Assembly: GCA_016928955.1 (NCBI GenBank) | Contig: JAFGJV010000033.1 | Span: 1-64,000 of the forward strand | Length of the DNA: 64,000 nucleotides | DNA from: Spirochaetales bacterium | GTDB lineage: Bacteria > Spirochaetota > Spirochaetia > Treponematales > UBA12059 | Direction: 5' to 3' | In this document: piece after piece, positions 36,159-45,432 of the stretch | How positions within the stretch are numbered: the first letter of the stretch is position 1 | Layout: every line of letters starts with the position of its first letter | Program-made: the position numbers and the translations under genes | The notes under the pieces: generated by a model | The model's input: only the letters and a program-made list of their open reading frames with translations | What the model was told of the DNA's origin: nothing | The model's database searches: none

Positions 36159-36836
36159 TCAGAGTTCGTACGGCAACGGCACCCGGTTACAACAGCGTGA
36201 AGCGGGCAAACCAGAGCCGCAGGGACAGCGCCCGTTTGTGGGTATGAGCGACGCAGCGCTGAAGTCACCCGCCAGGATTTTTGAGCGATCCGACACCCAG
36301 GTTTCCCCGCCAAGGACCGGAAACTGTATCCGTACCCTGCGGAACGCCTTGAGCTTGTCCTCGCACTCGGAATACCGCGCCACGATGCCCGGACCGACGC
36401 GCGTCCATGCATCCGCGATGACGGTCATCACGGTTTCCATCTCGGCCTGGTCGGTAAACCGTCCGCCCGGAACCGTTGTCAGGTACCTGCGTGCGTGTAC
36501 GGAGAAAAACGCCCGGTAGTCGTCATGTTCCTGGCAGGAGGAACGGGGCATACCGTATTCGTTTGACGCGCGGCAGAACAGTAACCGGGCGGGGCTTCTG
36601 GGGGCCACTCGTTGGGCGCTGGCCAGAGCTTTAAGGGCAAGACCATCCTTGCCGAGGCGCTTGAGAGCTATCGCGAGCCAATACAGCCTGCGCGCCAAGT
36701 CCCCGCGCCGTTCCGGATGGGTAGCGTCCACGGCAGTGCGAAGGAGGGGCAGGGCTGACGCCGGATCGTGCCGCGCAAGGGCCCGCATGCCGGCGGAGTA
36801 CGACCATTCGGGCGTATGACCGCGTCTCGTTCTCAT
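36159..36836 (-). CDS. TPR-like protein with C-terminal SEC-C zinc motif
   Basis: Helical repeat region (LYWLAIALKRLG); C-terminal RCPCGSGLPASRCC. Confidence 0.75.
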   Translation of the reverse strand: MRTRRGHTPEWSYSAGMRALARHDPASALPLLRTAVDATHPERRGDLARRLYWLAIALKRLGKDGLALKALASAQRVAPRSPARLLFCRASNEYGMPRSSCQEHDDYRAFFSVHARRYLTTVPGGRFTDQAEMETVMTVIADAWTRVGPGIVARYSECEDKLKAFRRVRIQFPVLGGETWVSDRSKILAGDFSAASLIPTNGRCPCGSGLPASRCCNRVPLPYEL

Positions 36837-36919
36837 GTTAGTTAAATTACTTAAATCTCCAATGCCAAGCAAGCGACGAGAACGTTGTTTTCCAGTCTGG
36901 CGCCAGCCATGCGCGCCGC

Positions 36920-39070
36920 TCAGGCACCGCAGGATGCCAGCAAGACCATGCTTCGCGCCCGGACCAGGTACCGACCGTCGCAGGCTCCCGGCGCTCCGTC
37001 AGGCACAAGGTCGTCCGGCGCGGCCAGGGCGGTATCCAGTACGCGCCGCCATACGCGGCCCAGCGGGGGTCGAGCCACAGAAAACTCCACATCGTTAGCC
37101 GATGCGTTGAACATGACAAAGAAGTCGCAGTCGTCCCTGTCTGCGACAATATCCGCCCGTGAGCCGTCAATGCGGGCGGCCACCGTCTTGTCTGCCCTGG
37201 CCCAATCCGGAGGCGCCCCGTCCGGCGTGAACCATGCTATATCCGGCAAAGCGTTGAAGTTCGCGTCGCCGCCGGTGAAAAATTCCGGACGCCTGAACGC
37301 CGGATGTTCCTTGCGGAAGGCTATCAGCTTGGCGCTGAACTCTAGAAGACCAGCGTGTCCGGCTGCCGCCTCCCAGTCATACCAGCTGATATCGTTGTTC
37401 TGGCAGTAGGCGTTGTTATTACCGTGCTGGGTGCGCCCGAATTCGTCGCCCCCGAGCATCATAGGCGTGCCTATGGACAAAAGCAGGGTGGCCAGATAGT
37501 TGCGGCACATGCGGTCCCGCACTCCCTCAATGGCCGGATCGGTGCTTGGTCCCTCAAACCCGAAGTTGAAGCTGAAATTGCTGTTGTGTCCATCCCCGTT
37601 GCCCTCGCCATTGGCGTCGTTGTGTTTGCCGTTGTAGCTGACCAGGTCTCGGAGGGTGAAACCGTCATGGCTGGTCACGTAATTGATGGAATGGAAGGGT
37701 TTGCGGCCGTCCCGCAGGTACAGGTCGCTTGAGCCGGTCAGCCTGGTGGCCAGGGCGGCTACCGTCCGTTCGTCGCCCCGCCAGAAACGCCGGACATCGT
37801 CGCGGTAGCGGTCGTTCCACTCGGCCCAGCGGCCACCGGGGAACCCGCCAACCTGGTATGCGCCCCCGGCGTCCCAGGCCTCCGCGATGATTTTGGTATG
37901 CCGCAGTATGGGATCCTCGGCTATCTGCTCTATCACCGGAGGGTTCTCGAGCATGCGCCCGCGCTGGTCGCGGCCAAGGATCGAGCCCAGGTCAAAACGG
38001 AAACCGTCCACGTGCATGTCCACCACCCAGTAATGCAGGCAGTCCAGGATGAAATTCCTGACCACCGGGTGGTTGCAGTTGAGCGTGTTGCCGCAGCCGG
38101 AAAAATTCTTGTAATGGCGCGGGCTGTCGTCCAGCATGTACCAGATGGCGTTGTCCAGGCCCCGGAAAGACACCGTTGGCCCGAACTCTCCCCCTTCGCC
38201 CGAGTGGTTGAACACCACGTCAAGGATCACCTCGATGCCGGCCGCGTGCAGTTCCCGGACCATGGTCTTGAATTCGTCCACCTGGCTGCCGTCGGCGCGG
38301 CTTGAGGCGTACCGGCCCTTGGGCGCGAAAAAGGCCAGGGTGCTGTACCCCCAGTACTGGGCCAGGCGCTCGCCCGTAAAGGGATTCCGCAGCTCGTTCT
38401 CGAACTCGTCGAATTCCTGCACGGGCAGAAGCTCCAGGCTGGTTATTCCCAGTTTTTTGAGGTACGGGATTTTCTCAACCACGCCTAGGTAGGTCCCTGG
38501 ATGCTCGACCCCGGCGCCCCGGCCCATGGTCAGGCCGCGCACATGGGCTTCATAGATGACGCAGTGGCGCAGGGGCAGATTGAGCGGCCGGTCGCCCTTC
38601 CAGTCAAAGCGCTCGTCGTCCAACACGATGCACTTAGGCATGACGGCGGCGTCATCCACCAGGGAAAACGACAGGTCGCCCCGTGGATCGGCCGGGTCGT
38701 ACGCCCGGGCGGCGGCCACATCCCATATAAAGTCGCCGGTCAGGGCTTTTGCGTAGGGATCTATCAAGAGCTTGTTCGGGTTGAAGCGGTAGCCCAGCTC
38801 GGGCAGATAGGGGCCGTCAGCGCGCCACGCGTAGAGGGAGCCGCTTCCGATTCCGGCCACGTGGGCGTGCCAGATGTCGCCGGTACGGTTCTGAACGGGA
38901 TCCAGGCGGAAATCCAGCACTGGCGCGCCGTCCTCGGGACGCTCGAAGACGCACAGCCGGATGGAGGTCGCGTTACGGGAAAACACCGCAAAGTTTACAC
39001 CGTCCTGCGTGATCGACGCGCCAAACGGCCTCGGGCTTCCCGGGCTGACGTGGTAGCTACCGCGCGACAT
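36920..39070 (-). CDS. glgX: Glycogen debranching enzyme (isoamylase)
   Basis: GVNFAVFS, DPYAK, YWGYST, DVVFNH, DGFRFDL, AEAWD, TSHDGFTL, GNNNAYCQ. Confidence 0.95.
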   Translation of the reverse strand: MSRGSYHVSPGSPRPFGASITQDGVNFAVFSRNATSIRLCVFERPEDGAPVLDFRLDPVQNRTGDIWHAHVAGIGSGSLYAWRADGPYLPELGYRFNPNKLLIDPYAKALTGDFIWDVAAARAYDPADPRGDLSFSLVDDAAVMPKCIVLDDERFDWKGDRPLNLPLRHCVIYEAHVRGLTMGRGAGVEHPGTYLGVVEKIPYLKKLGITSLELLPVQEFDEFENELRNPFTGERLAQYWGYSTLAFFAPKGRYASSRADGSQVDEFKTMVRELHAAGIEVILDVVFNHSGEGGEFGPTVSFRGLDNAIWYMLDDSPRHYKNFSGCGNTLNCNHPVVRNFILDCLHYWVVDMHVDGFRFDLGSILGRDQRGRMLENPPVIEQIAEDPILRHTKIIAEAWDAGGAYQVGGFPGGRWAEWNDRYRDDVRRFWRGDERTVAALATRLTGSSDLYLRDGRKPFHSINYVTSHDGFTLRDLVSYNGKHNDANGEGNGDGHNSNFSFNFGFEGPSTDPAIEGVRDRMCRNYLATLLLSIGTPMMLGGDEFGRTQHGNNNAYCQNNDISWYDWEAAAGHAGLLEFSAKLIAFRKEHPAFRRPEFFTGGDANFNALPDIAWFTPDGAPPDWARADKTVAARIDGSRADIVADRDDCDFFVMFNASANDVEFSVARPPLGRVWRRVLDTALAAPDDLVPDGAPGACDGRYLVRARSMVLLASCGA

Positions 39071-39185
39071 GACAACCTCCAAGGCGCGGATACGCCTTAA
39101 ACAGATACCTTAGTCCAAAACAGGGTTCAGGTGCAAAGCGCGTACGCCGGTGGCCCGGTTGCACCACGGCGACTACAGAGCCTTC

Positions 39186-39222
39186 AAAAAACGCGGCCGC
39201 CCTTCCGGCGGCCGCATGGTTT
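39186..39222. terminator. Terminator after fabF
   Basis: GCGGCCGCC-CTTCC-GGCGGCCGC stem with an A6 run on the left (T6 on the minus strand). Confidence 0.7.
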
Positions 39223-39247
39223 CTCTATAAAGCCGGATGCCGGCCTG

Positions 39248-40489
39248 TTAGATTTTCTTAAAGACGATGACGGCGTTTTGCCCGCCAAAGCCCATGGAGT
39301 TTTTCACCACGGCGCGCACGGGCCCGTTGCGGCCAACGTTGGGAACGTAATCCAGGTCGCATTCAGGATCGGGGTGCTCCAGGTTGATGGTGGGCGGGTA
39401 GTACTGGTCGCGGATGGACAGGACGGAAGCCACGGATTCGATGCCGCCAGCGCCGCCTATGCAGTGCCCGGTCATGGATTTGATGGACGACACGGCCAGC
39501 TTGTAGGCATGCTGGCCGAAGGCGTGCTTGATGGCCTTGGTCTCGATGGGATCGTTGAGCGGGGTCGAGGTACCGTGAGCGCTGATGTGATCAACATCCT
39601 CCGGCTTGAGCCCGGCGTCGGCCAGGGCCAGGGTAATGGCGCGGGCCACGCCCATGCCCTCTGGATCGGGAGCCGTTAGGTGGTGGGCGTCACAGGTGGT
39701 GCCAAAGCCTGCCAGCTCGCAGTATATTCGGGCTCCGCGCTTCTCGGCATGGTCCCAGTCCTCAAGCACCAGAACGCCCGCGCCCTCGGCCATGACAAAG
39801 CCGTCCCTGTCCTTGTCAAAGGGCCTGGACGCCTTGGACGGGTCGTCGTTGCGCGTGGACAGGGCCTGGATCATGCTGAACGCGCCCAGACCCAGCTTGG
39901 TTATGCACGCCTCCGAACCGCCGGCGAATACCACGTCGGCATGGCCGTCGCGGATCCAGCGGAGGCCGGTGCCTATGGCGTCCGTGCCCGCGGCGCACGC
40001 GGTGACGATGCACTGGCAGGGGCCGCGCGCGCCCACGTTGAGCGCTATGTTGGCCGCGCCGAAATTGGCCAGGCTCTTGACCACGGTCATGGGCGGGATG
40101 CGACCGGGGCCCCGGTCGCACATGCGGACAAAAGCCTCCTCAATGCTGGTGGAGCCGCCCTGGCCGGTTCCAAGGCACACGCCGGTCAGGTAGGTATCCA
40201 GATCGTCCTTGGCCAGGCCTGCGTCCTCCATGGCTTCCATGGCCGCGTAGATGGCGAACTGGCTAAACCGGTCCATCTTCCGCGCTTCCTTGGCGTCCAT
40301 GCGTTTGGAAGGGTCGAAGTCTTTTACTTCGCCGGCGATCTTGGACGCCACCTCGCTGGCGTCCACGCACGTCACCGGTCCTATTCCGCTCTTTCCGGCT
40401 TTGACGGCTTCCCAAAATGTGGGCACGTCATTGCCGATCGGACTGACGACGCCGAGGCCCGTTACGGCCACCCTTCTCTTTTCCATCAC
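39248..40489 (-). CDS. fabF: Beta-ketoacyl-ACP synthase II
   Basis: VAVTGLG, TACAAG catalytic Cys, AHGTST, KSMTGH, NSMGFGGQN. Confidence 0.95.
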   Translation of the reverse strand: MMEKRRVAVTGLGVVSPIGNDVPTFWEAVKAGKSGIGPVTCVDASEVASKIAGEVKDFDPSKRMDAKEARKMDRFSQFAIYAAMEAMEDAGLAKDDLDTYLTGVCLGTGQGGSTSIEEAFVRMCDRGPGRIPPMTVVKSLANFGAANIALNVGARGPCQCIVTACAAGTDAIGTGLRWIRDGHADVVFAGGSEACITKLGLGAFSMIQALSTRNDDPSKASRPFDKDRDGFVMAEGAGVLVLEDWDHAEKRGARIYCELAGFGTTCDAHHLTAPDPEGMGVARAITLALADAGLKPEDVDHISAHGTSTPLNDPIETKAIKHAFGQHAYKLAVSSIKSMTGHCIGGAGGIESVASVLSIRDQYYPPTINLEHPDPECDLDYVPNVGRNGPVRAVVKNSMGFGGQNAVIVFKKI

Positions 40490-41235
40490 ATCCCCATTCC
40501 GCCGTCTATCTTGACGACCTCTCCGGTAATATATGAAGCCATATCCGAGGCCAGGAACACCACCACGGAAGCTATCTCCTCGGGTCGGGCGGTCCTGCCC
40601 AGCGGGATCTGGGCCTTCAGTTTCTCCTTGGCTTCTTCCGGTAGCTTGTCCGTCATGGCCGTGTCCACAAAGCCGGGCGCCACGGCGTTGACTCGCACGC
40701 CACGGGTTGCGACCTCTCGGGCCAGGCTTTTGGTAAAGCCGATAAGCCCCGCCTTGCTGGCCGCGTAGTTGGTCTGTCCGCCGTTGCCTATGATGCCCAC
40801 AACGCTGGACACGTTGACGATGCTACCGGAACGGCGCTTGATCATGTGCCTGGCCGCCGCCCTGCATACCAGGAAGGCGCTCGTAAGATTGGTGTCGATG
40901 ACGGCTTTCCAGTCGTCCAGCTGCATGCGGAACACCAGTCCGTCGCGCGTGACGCCGGCGTTGTTCACCACCACGTCTATGGGGCCGCGGGCAGCAGTAG
41001 CCTCAACGGCGGCGTCCACGGCCTTCTCGTCCGCCACGTCGCAGGCCACCCAGGCCACGGTAGCTCCATGCTCAGCCGCCAAGGTTTCCAGGGAACCGTG
41101 TTCCTCGGATTTGCTCCGGCTGAAATACTCAACGCTGGCGCCTTCAGCAAGGAACGCCTTGACCACGGCAAGGCCTATGCCCTTGGAGCCGCCGGTCACT
41201 ATGCACTGTTTGCCCTTCAAGAGCTGGTCGCTCAT
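40486..41235 (-). CDS. fabG: 3-oxoacyl-ACP reductase
   Basis: TGGSKGIG, NNAGVTRD, NYAASKAG, APGFVDT; GGAGG RBS before ATG 41235. Confidence 0.95.
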   Translation of the reverse strand: MSDQLLKGKQCIVTGGSKGIGLAVVKAFLAEGASVEYFSRSKSEEHGSLETLAAEHGATVAWVACDVADEKAVDAAVEATAARGPIDVVVNNAGVTRDGLVFRMQLDDWKAVIDTNLTSAFLVCRAAARHMIKRRSGSIVNVSSVVGIIGNGGQTNYAASKAGLIGFTKSLAREVATRGVRVNAVAPGFVDTAMTDKLPEEAKEKLKAQIPLGRTARPEEIASVVVFLASDMASYITGEVVKIDGGMGM

Positions 41236-41305
41236 TGTGTCCTCCACGTCATGGCACCCGTTCCGATCTCCGCGATCCAGGGTGCCGGTACGGGCCTGCC
41301 CGCGC

Positions 41306-42226
41306 CTACAAGGATATGCTGGCTATCTGGTCAACGGTGGAACAAGGCCTGCACGGCACATCGGTGTCCACCGACTTCCACAGGCCGGCAAGCACAGTTC
41401 CCGGACCCGCTTCCAGGCACTGGGTGAACCCGGCCGAGAGTATGGACGCTTCCTCGTCCATCCAGCGTACTGAACTGATGATCTGCTCGGCGGCCAGGCG
41501 TTTGAGCTCGGCGCCGTCGCTTTCCTTTTTGCCGGTCACGTTCGAGAAGAAGTCCAGCTTGGGGTCCGCAAAGGACTCGTCGGCTATGAATTCGCGGAAA
41601 CCGTCGTAGGCGTACTTCATGATGGGCGAGTGGAAGGCGCCGGATACTTTCAGCCGGATCACGCGTTTGGCCCCGGCTTCCTTGATGGCTGCCTCGGCCT
41701 TGTCCATGCCGCTCTCCGTGCCCGATATGACCGACTGGGCTGGCGAGTTGTAGTTAGCCACCCATACATCGTCTATGCCCGCCGCCTTGAGCGCGGCTTC
41801 TATGGCCTTTGGTTCCAGGTTCAAAACGGCGGCCATGGTCGATCCGCCGGAACGCTTGCCCGCCTCGTCCATCAAGCGGCCGCGCTCGGCCACCAGTCGG
41901 ATCATGCGCCCGAAGGGCAGCACGCCAGCCTCTACCAGCGCCGGCCATTCGCCCAGGCTAAAGCCCGCCGCTCCCTCCGGGCGGATACCATGCTCGTGCA
42001 GGCAGGTAGACGCGGCGCATTCCACCAGGGCTAGGGCCACCTGGGTGTTGCGCGTTTGCTTGAGTTCGTCCTCGGTGCCTTCAAAAATCAAGGCCTTGAG
42101 GTTGATCTTGGATGCGTCCGACGCTTCCTCGAACAGAGCCCGCACGGCGGTGCTCGTCTCGTAAAAATCCTTGCCCATGCCGATGCTTTGGGCTCCCTGG
42201 CCTGGAAACAACACGCACGTTTTCAA
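41306..42226 (-). CDS. fabD: Malonyl-CoA:ACP transacylase
   Basis: FPGQGAQ, GFSLGE, ERG, ANYNSP, VSGAFHS, EAGPG; TTG start. Confidence 0.95.
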   Translation of the reverse strand: MKTCVLFPGQGAQSIGMGKDFYETSTAVRALFEEASDASKINLKALIFEGTEDELKQTRNTQVALALVECAASTCLHEHGIRPEGAAGFSLGEWPALVEAGVLPFGRMIRLVAERGRLMDEAGKRSGGSTMAAVLNLEPKAIEAALKAAGIDDVWVANYNSPAQSVISGTESGMDKAEAAIKEAGAKRVIRLKVSGAFHSPIMKYAYDGFREFIADESFADPKLDFFSNVTGKKESDGAELKRLAAEQIISSVRWMDEEASILSAGFTQCLEAGPGTVLAGLWKSVDTDVPCRPCSTVDQIASISL

Positions 42227-42363
42227 AAAAAGCCCCCTGTCGCTTGCCGCGCCCGGTGGGACGCGACTCCCCGGACACGCGCGTTGGATTCCTGCCTGAC
42301 CGCGAACGCTAGCACGCTGCGAAAAACGCTGTCAAGCTTGGCGTTCGAGGGTAGAATTATACC

Positions 42364-42690
42364 ATGAACCAGATAAGCGAGCGGATTATCTCGGTTATAG
42401 CGTCCATTCCGGCCGGGTCCGTGGCGTCGTACGGAGCGGTGGCTGCCGCGGCCGGCCTGCCTAACGGCGCCCGGCAGGTAGCCAGGCTGCTCCACAGCGC
42501 GTCCGCAGAACACAATCTGCCGTGGTGGCGCGTGGTGCGTTCGGACGGGAAAATCGCGCTTGCTCCCGGTTATGGGTTTGAGGAACAAGCCGCCAGGCTG
42601 CGGGAGGAAGGCGTCCGCGTCCTGCCGGACGGCAGGGTGGAAGGTTTTCAGTCGGGCGTTGCCATGGCCCGTACGCCAAAGCGCCGGTAA
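42364..42690 (+). CDS. Alkyltransferase-like (ATL/MGMT family) protein
   Basis: IPAGSVASYG, ARQV, PWWRVV (Trp replaces the catalytic Cys of PCHR), EGV. Confidence 0.88.
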   Translation: MNQISERIISVIASIPAGSVASYGAVAAAAGLPNGARQVARLLHSASAEHNLPWWRVVRSDGKIALAPGYGFEEQAARLREEGVRVLPDGRVEGFQSGVAMARTPKRR

Positions 42691-43541
42691 CCGACAGACG
42701 ACAGCGACGCTCCAAACCATTCGGGGGCAAAAGGCAAATCCACCAGATATCGACGTATGCCTTCCCGGCCGACAAGCCGGCCAACCATGTCGACCAGCCG
42801 CCGCCCTATGCCCAGACGCCGGTGCCCCTCATCCACAAATACCAGAGCCAGCCTGGCCAAAGCGCTGTCCGCCGCCCGCACGATCATAGCCACCGCTATG
42901 CCGACCGGGGCGCCCCCGGAAGCCTCGGCCAGGTACACCACGGTGTCGTTCCCGTACAGCGCGCGCTCAAGCGACTCGAATTCCAGGCTTACCAGGGTTT
43001 CCGGAAACGTATCCAGGGCCGACGCCCGGGCTTTGTCCATAAACACCCCGAGCAAATCGGCATCCCCAGGGCCGGCCTCGCGGAATCCAAAAACCTCGTC
43101 CACCAGATCGTCGGTATCCTCGGGTTCCGGTCCGAGCCGTTCAAGTCCGTCCAGCGCGGCCACATCCCGGTACCACTCGTCCACCCTCCGCTTCATGGCC
43201 GCGTCCTTGTGCGCGTGCCAGCGTTTTTCCACGTCCGGAAAGAGGGCCAGGGCGTCCTTGTAGGCGCGGAACACACCCCTGCCGCGATTAAGCGCGGCCG
43301 ACAGGGCTGCGTGGGCTTCTGGATTGGCCACACCCCGGGCAAAACTCTCCATCAGCTTGAAGCCGTCCTCGCTGGCCCACGAAGGAAGGTCGACAAGGTC
43401 CCGGCCCGTCTCCAAAACAGCGTTGTCCGGGTCATCCATGGGGTACAAAAGGCCGCTTCCCTTGTCCACCCCATACCGGGCTTTCTGGTTTTCCATGGCA
43501 AAGATAATCGCCGCCTTGATTTCGTCGTTGAGCTCGAACAT
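42648..43541 (-). CDS. UPF0158-like domain fused to a GNAT acetyltransferase
   Basis: N-terminal GFKLMESFA..ALNRGRGVFRAYKD..W..W; C-terminal VFVDEGHRRLGIG acetyl-CoA motif A. Confidence 0.75.
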   Translation of the reverse strand: MFELNDEIKAAIIFAMENQKARYGVDKGSGLLYPMDDPDNAVLETGRDLVDLPSWASEDGFKLMESFARGVANPEAHAALSAALNRGRGVFRAYKDALALFPDVEKRWHAHKDAAMKRRVDEWYRDVAALDGLERLGPEPEDTDDLVDEVFGFREAGPGDADLLGVFMDKARASALDTFPETLVSLEFESLERALYGNDTVVYLAEASGGAPVGIAVAMIVRAADSALARLALVFVDEGHRRLGIGRRLVDMVGRLVGREGIRRYLVDLPFAPEWFGASLSSVGYRRFGVRAMATPD

Positions 43542-43665
43542 GCCTAACCCCCGCCCCATTCATCGGCGCCCGGCGCCCGCGCGCCCATCATGCCCCGGGC
43601 GACGCCCGTCTGTCCAACTGTTTCTTCCTTGCTTTGCCCCGGTGCTCGGGCTATGCTGGCCTGGC

Positions 43666-44556
43666 ATGAAAGCCGACCTGCATTTCCACTCCCGCTACTC
43701 CGATGGCTGTCTCTGGCCGTCGGAACTGGCAGAACGCGCCGCCAGAGCGGGGCTGGAAGCCGCCGCGCTGACCGACCATGACACATTCGGCGGCTGGCCG
43801 GAATTCCGCCAGGCGGCTGAGCGCCGTGGCCTGGCTACCTGGCCGGCCGTGGAAATCGATTGCGTGGACAAGGACCTGGACTATAAAAGCGAGATCCTGG
43901 CCTACTTTCCCAGCGGATCGTACGGTCGCACCGACGCCTTGCTTGCCGAGGTGAGAATCAGGCGACGCGCCTACCTCATGGAGCTTTTTTCCAAGGCCGC
44001 CGCCGCGTTTGGCCGCGCCGCGCCGAGTTTTTCAAGCTGGGAACGCGAGCGAATGGACGGCCGTTTGTCCGCGGACGTTGATCCTACCCAGCTTCGTTTT
44101 GGCAAACCGGACCTGTTCCGGGCCCTGGTCGCCGCGGGCGCGCTTTCCCAACCGGCCACCTATCGCCAGTTCAAACGCGCCTACCTGGACACGGGTATCA
44201 TCAAGGCGGCAAAACCCAAAAAACCGAGCGTACGCGACGTATGCGCGGCTGTGCTGGAAGACGGTGGCATGCTGTCCATACCCCACATCGCGCATGAGTT
44301 CAAGGACGACCCCGCGCGGATGGAAAGACAACGGGACCGGCTGGCCAGGCTGCTCGCCAGGTTTCACGACTACGGCGTGGCCTCTGTGGAGCTATACGCG
44401 TACGGTCCGGAGCAGGACAGGCTCAACAGCCTGGTCGCGGATGTTGCCAGGACCTATGGCTTCCAATTTACCTACGGTTCGGATTACCATGACCGCCGTT
44501 CGGCGTCGGGCGACTTTGGGTCGTTCCATGGCGACTTTGCCGGCTTCCCGGCGTGA
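43666..44556 (+). CDS. PHP-domain phosphoesterase
   Basis: ADLHFHSRYSDG, LTDHDT, VEID, GSDYH. Confidence 0.88.
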   Translation: MKADLHFHSRYSDGCLWPSELAERAARAGLEAAALTDHDTFGGWPEFRQAAERRGLATWPAVEIDCVDKDLDYKSEILAYFPSGSYGRTDALLAEVRIRRRAYLMELFSKAAAAFGRAAPSFSSWERERMDGRLSADVDPTQLRFGKPDLFRALVAAGALSQPATYRQFKRAYLDTGIIKAAKPKKPSVRDVCAAVLEDGGMLSIPHIAHEFKDDPARMERQRDRLARLLARFHDYGVASVELYAYGPEQDRLNSLVADVARTYGFQFTYGSDYHDRRSASGDFGSFHGDFAGFPA

Positions 44557-44571
44557 TGCGGAAGGAACATC

Positions 44572-45405
44572 ATGGCACATTGCGTCGTTCAAACTGCTGA
44601 AGACATTTTAGACAAGGAATTCTCCGTCCACACCAAAGGTTTTGTCCGTCTGGTCGACTACATGGGCGGCGACCAGCGCATCGTCCAGGCGGCTCGCGTG
44701 TCGTATGGCGCTGGCACCAAAACCCTGCGGGAGGACGCCAAGCTGATCGACTATCTCCTGCGGAACGAGCATACGTCCCCGTTCGAGCAGGTGATTCTTA
44801 CCTTCCATATCAAGATGCCGATTTTTGTCGCACGGCAATGGATACGGCACCGCACGGCCCGCCTCAACGAGATTTCCGGCCGGTATTCGGTCATGCGTGA
44901 CGAATTCTGGCTACCCGAACCATCCGTCCTTGCCAAGCAGAGCCAGGACAACAAGCAAGGACGCCAAGCCGAGCCCCTGCCGCCCAACGAGGCCGCTGCG
45001 GTCATCCAGGAATTAGCCTCGGGTCAAAAAGATGCCTACGCCGCGTACACGCGGCTTCTGGACAGGGGCCTTGCAAGGGAGCTCGCACGCGTGAACCTTC
45101 CGCTCTCACTCTACACCGAGTGGTATTGGCAGATGGACCTGCACAACCTGTTCCGCTTCCTGGCGCTCAGGCTGGATCCGCACGCCCAGCGCGAGATCAG
45201 GGACTACGCCAAGATCATCCTCATGATTACAGAAGCCGTGGCACCCCTCGCCTGCGAGAGCTTCCGGGCTCACATGCTGGGCGGCCTGCGCCTGAGCGCT
45301 GACGAGGCGGCCGCCGTCAGGCGCCTGGCGGCGGGGCAGGATCCAGGGCTGGAAGGATCAGAGCTTGCCCGCTTCCGCGACAAGCTCGGGTTGGAGGCAG
45401 AGTAG
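44572..45405 (+). CDS. thyX: Flavin-dependent thymidylate synthase
   Basis: AARVSY, HTSPFE, RQWIRHRTARLNEISGRY, RELAR, HAQREIR. Confidence 0.96.
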   Translation: MAHCVVQTAEDILDKEFSVHTKGFVRLVDYMGGDQRIVQAARVSYGAGTKTLREDAKLIDYLLRNEHTSPFEQVILTFHIKMPIFVARQWIRHRTARLNEISGRYSVMRDEFWLPEPSVLAKQSQDNKQGRQAEPLPPNEAAAVIQELASGQKDAYAAYTRLLDRGLARELARVNLPLSLYTEWYWQMDLHNLFRFLALRLDPHAQREIRDYAKIILMITEAVAPLACESFRAHMLGGLRLSADEAAAVRRLAAGQDPGLEGSELARFRDKLGLEAE

Positions 45406-45432
45406 GCGACGACCGGCCTTCGTCCGTCGGCC

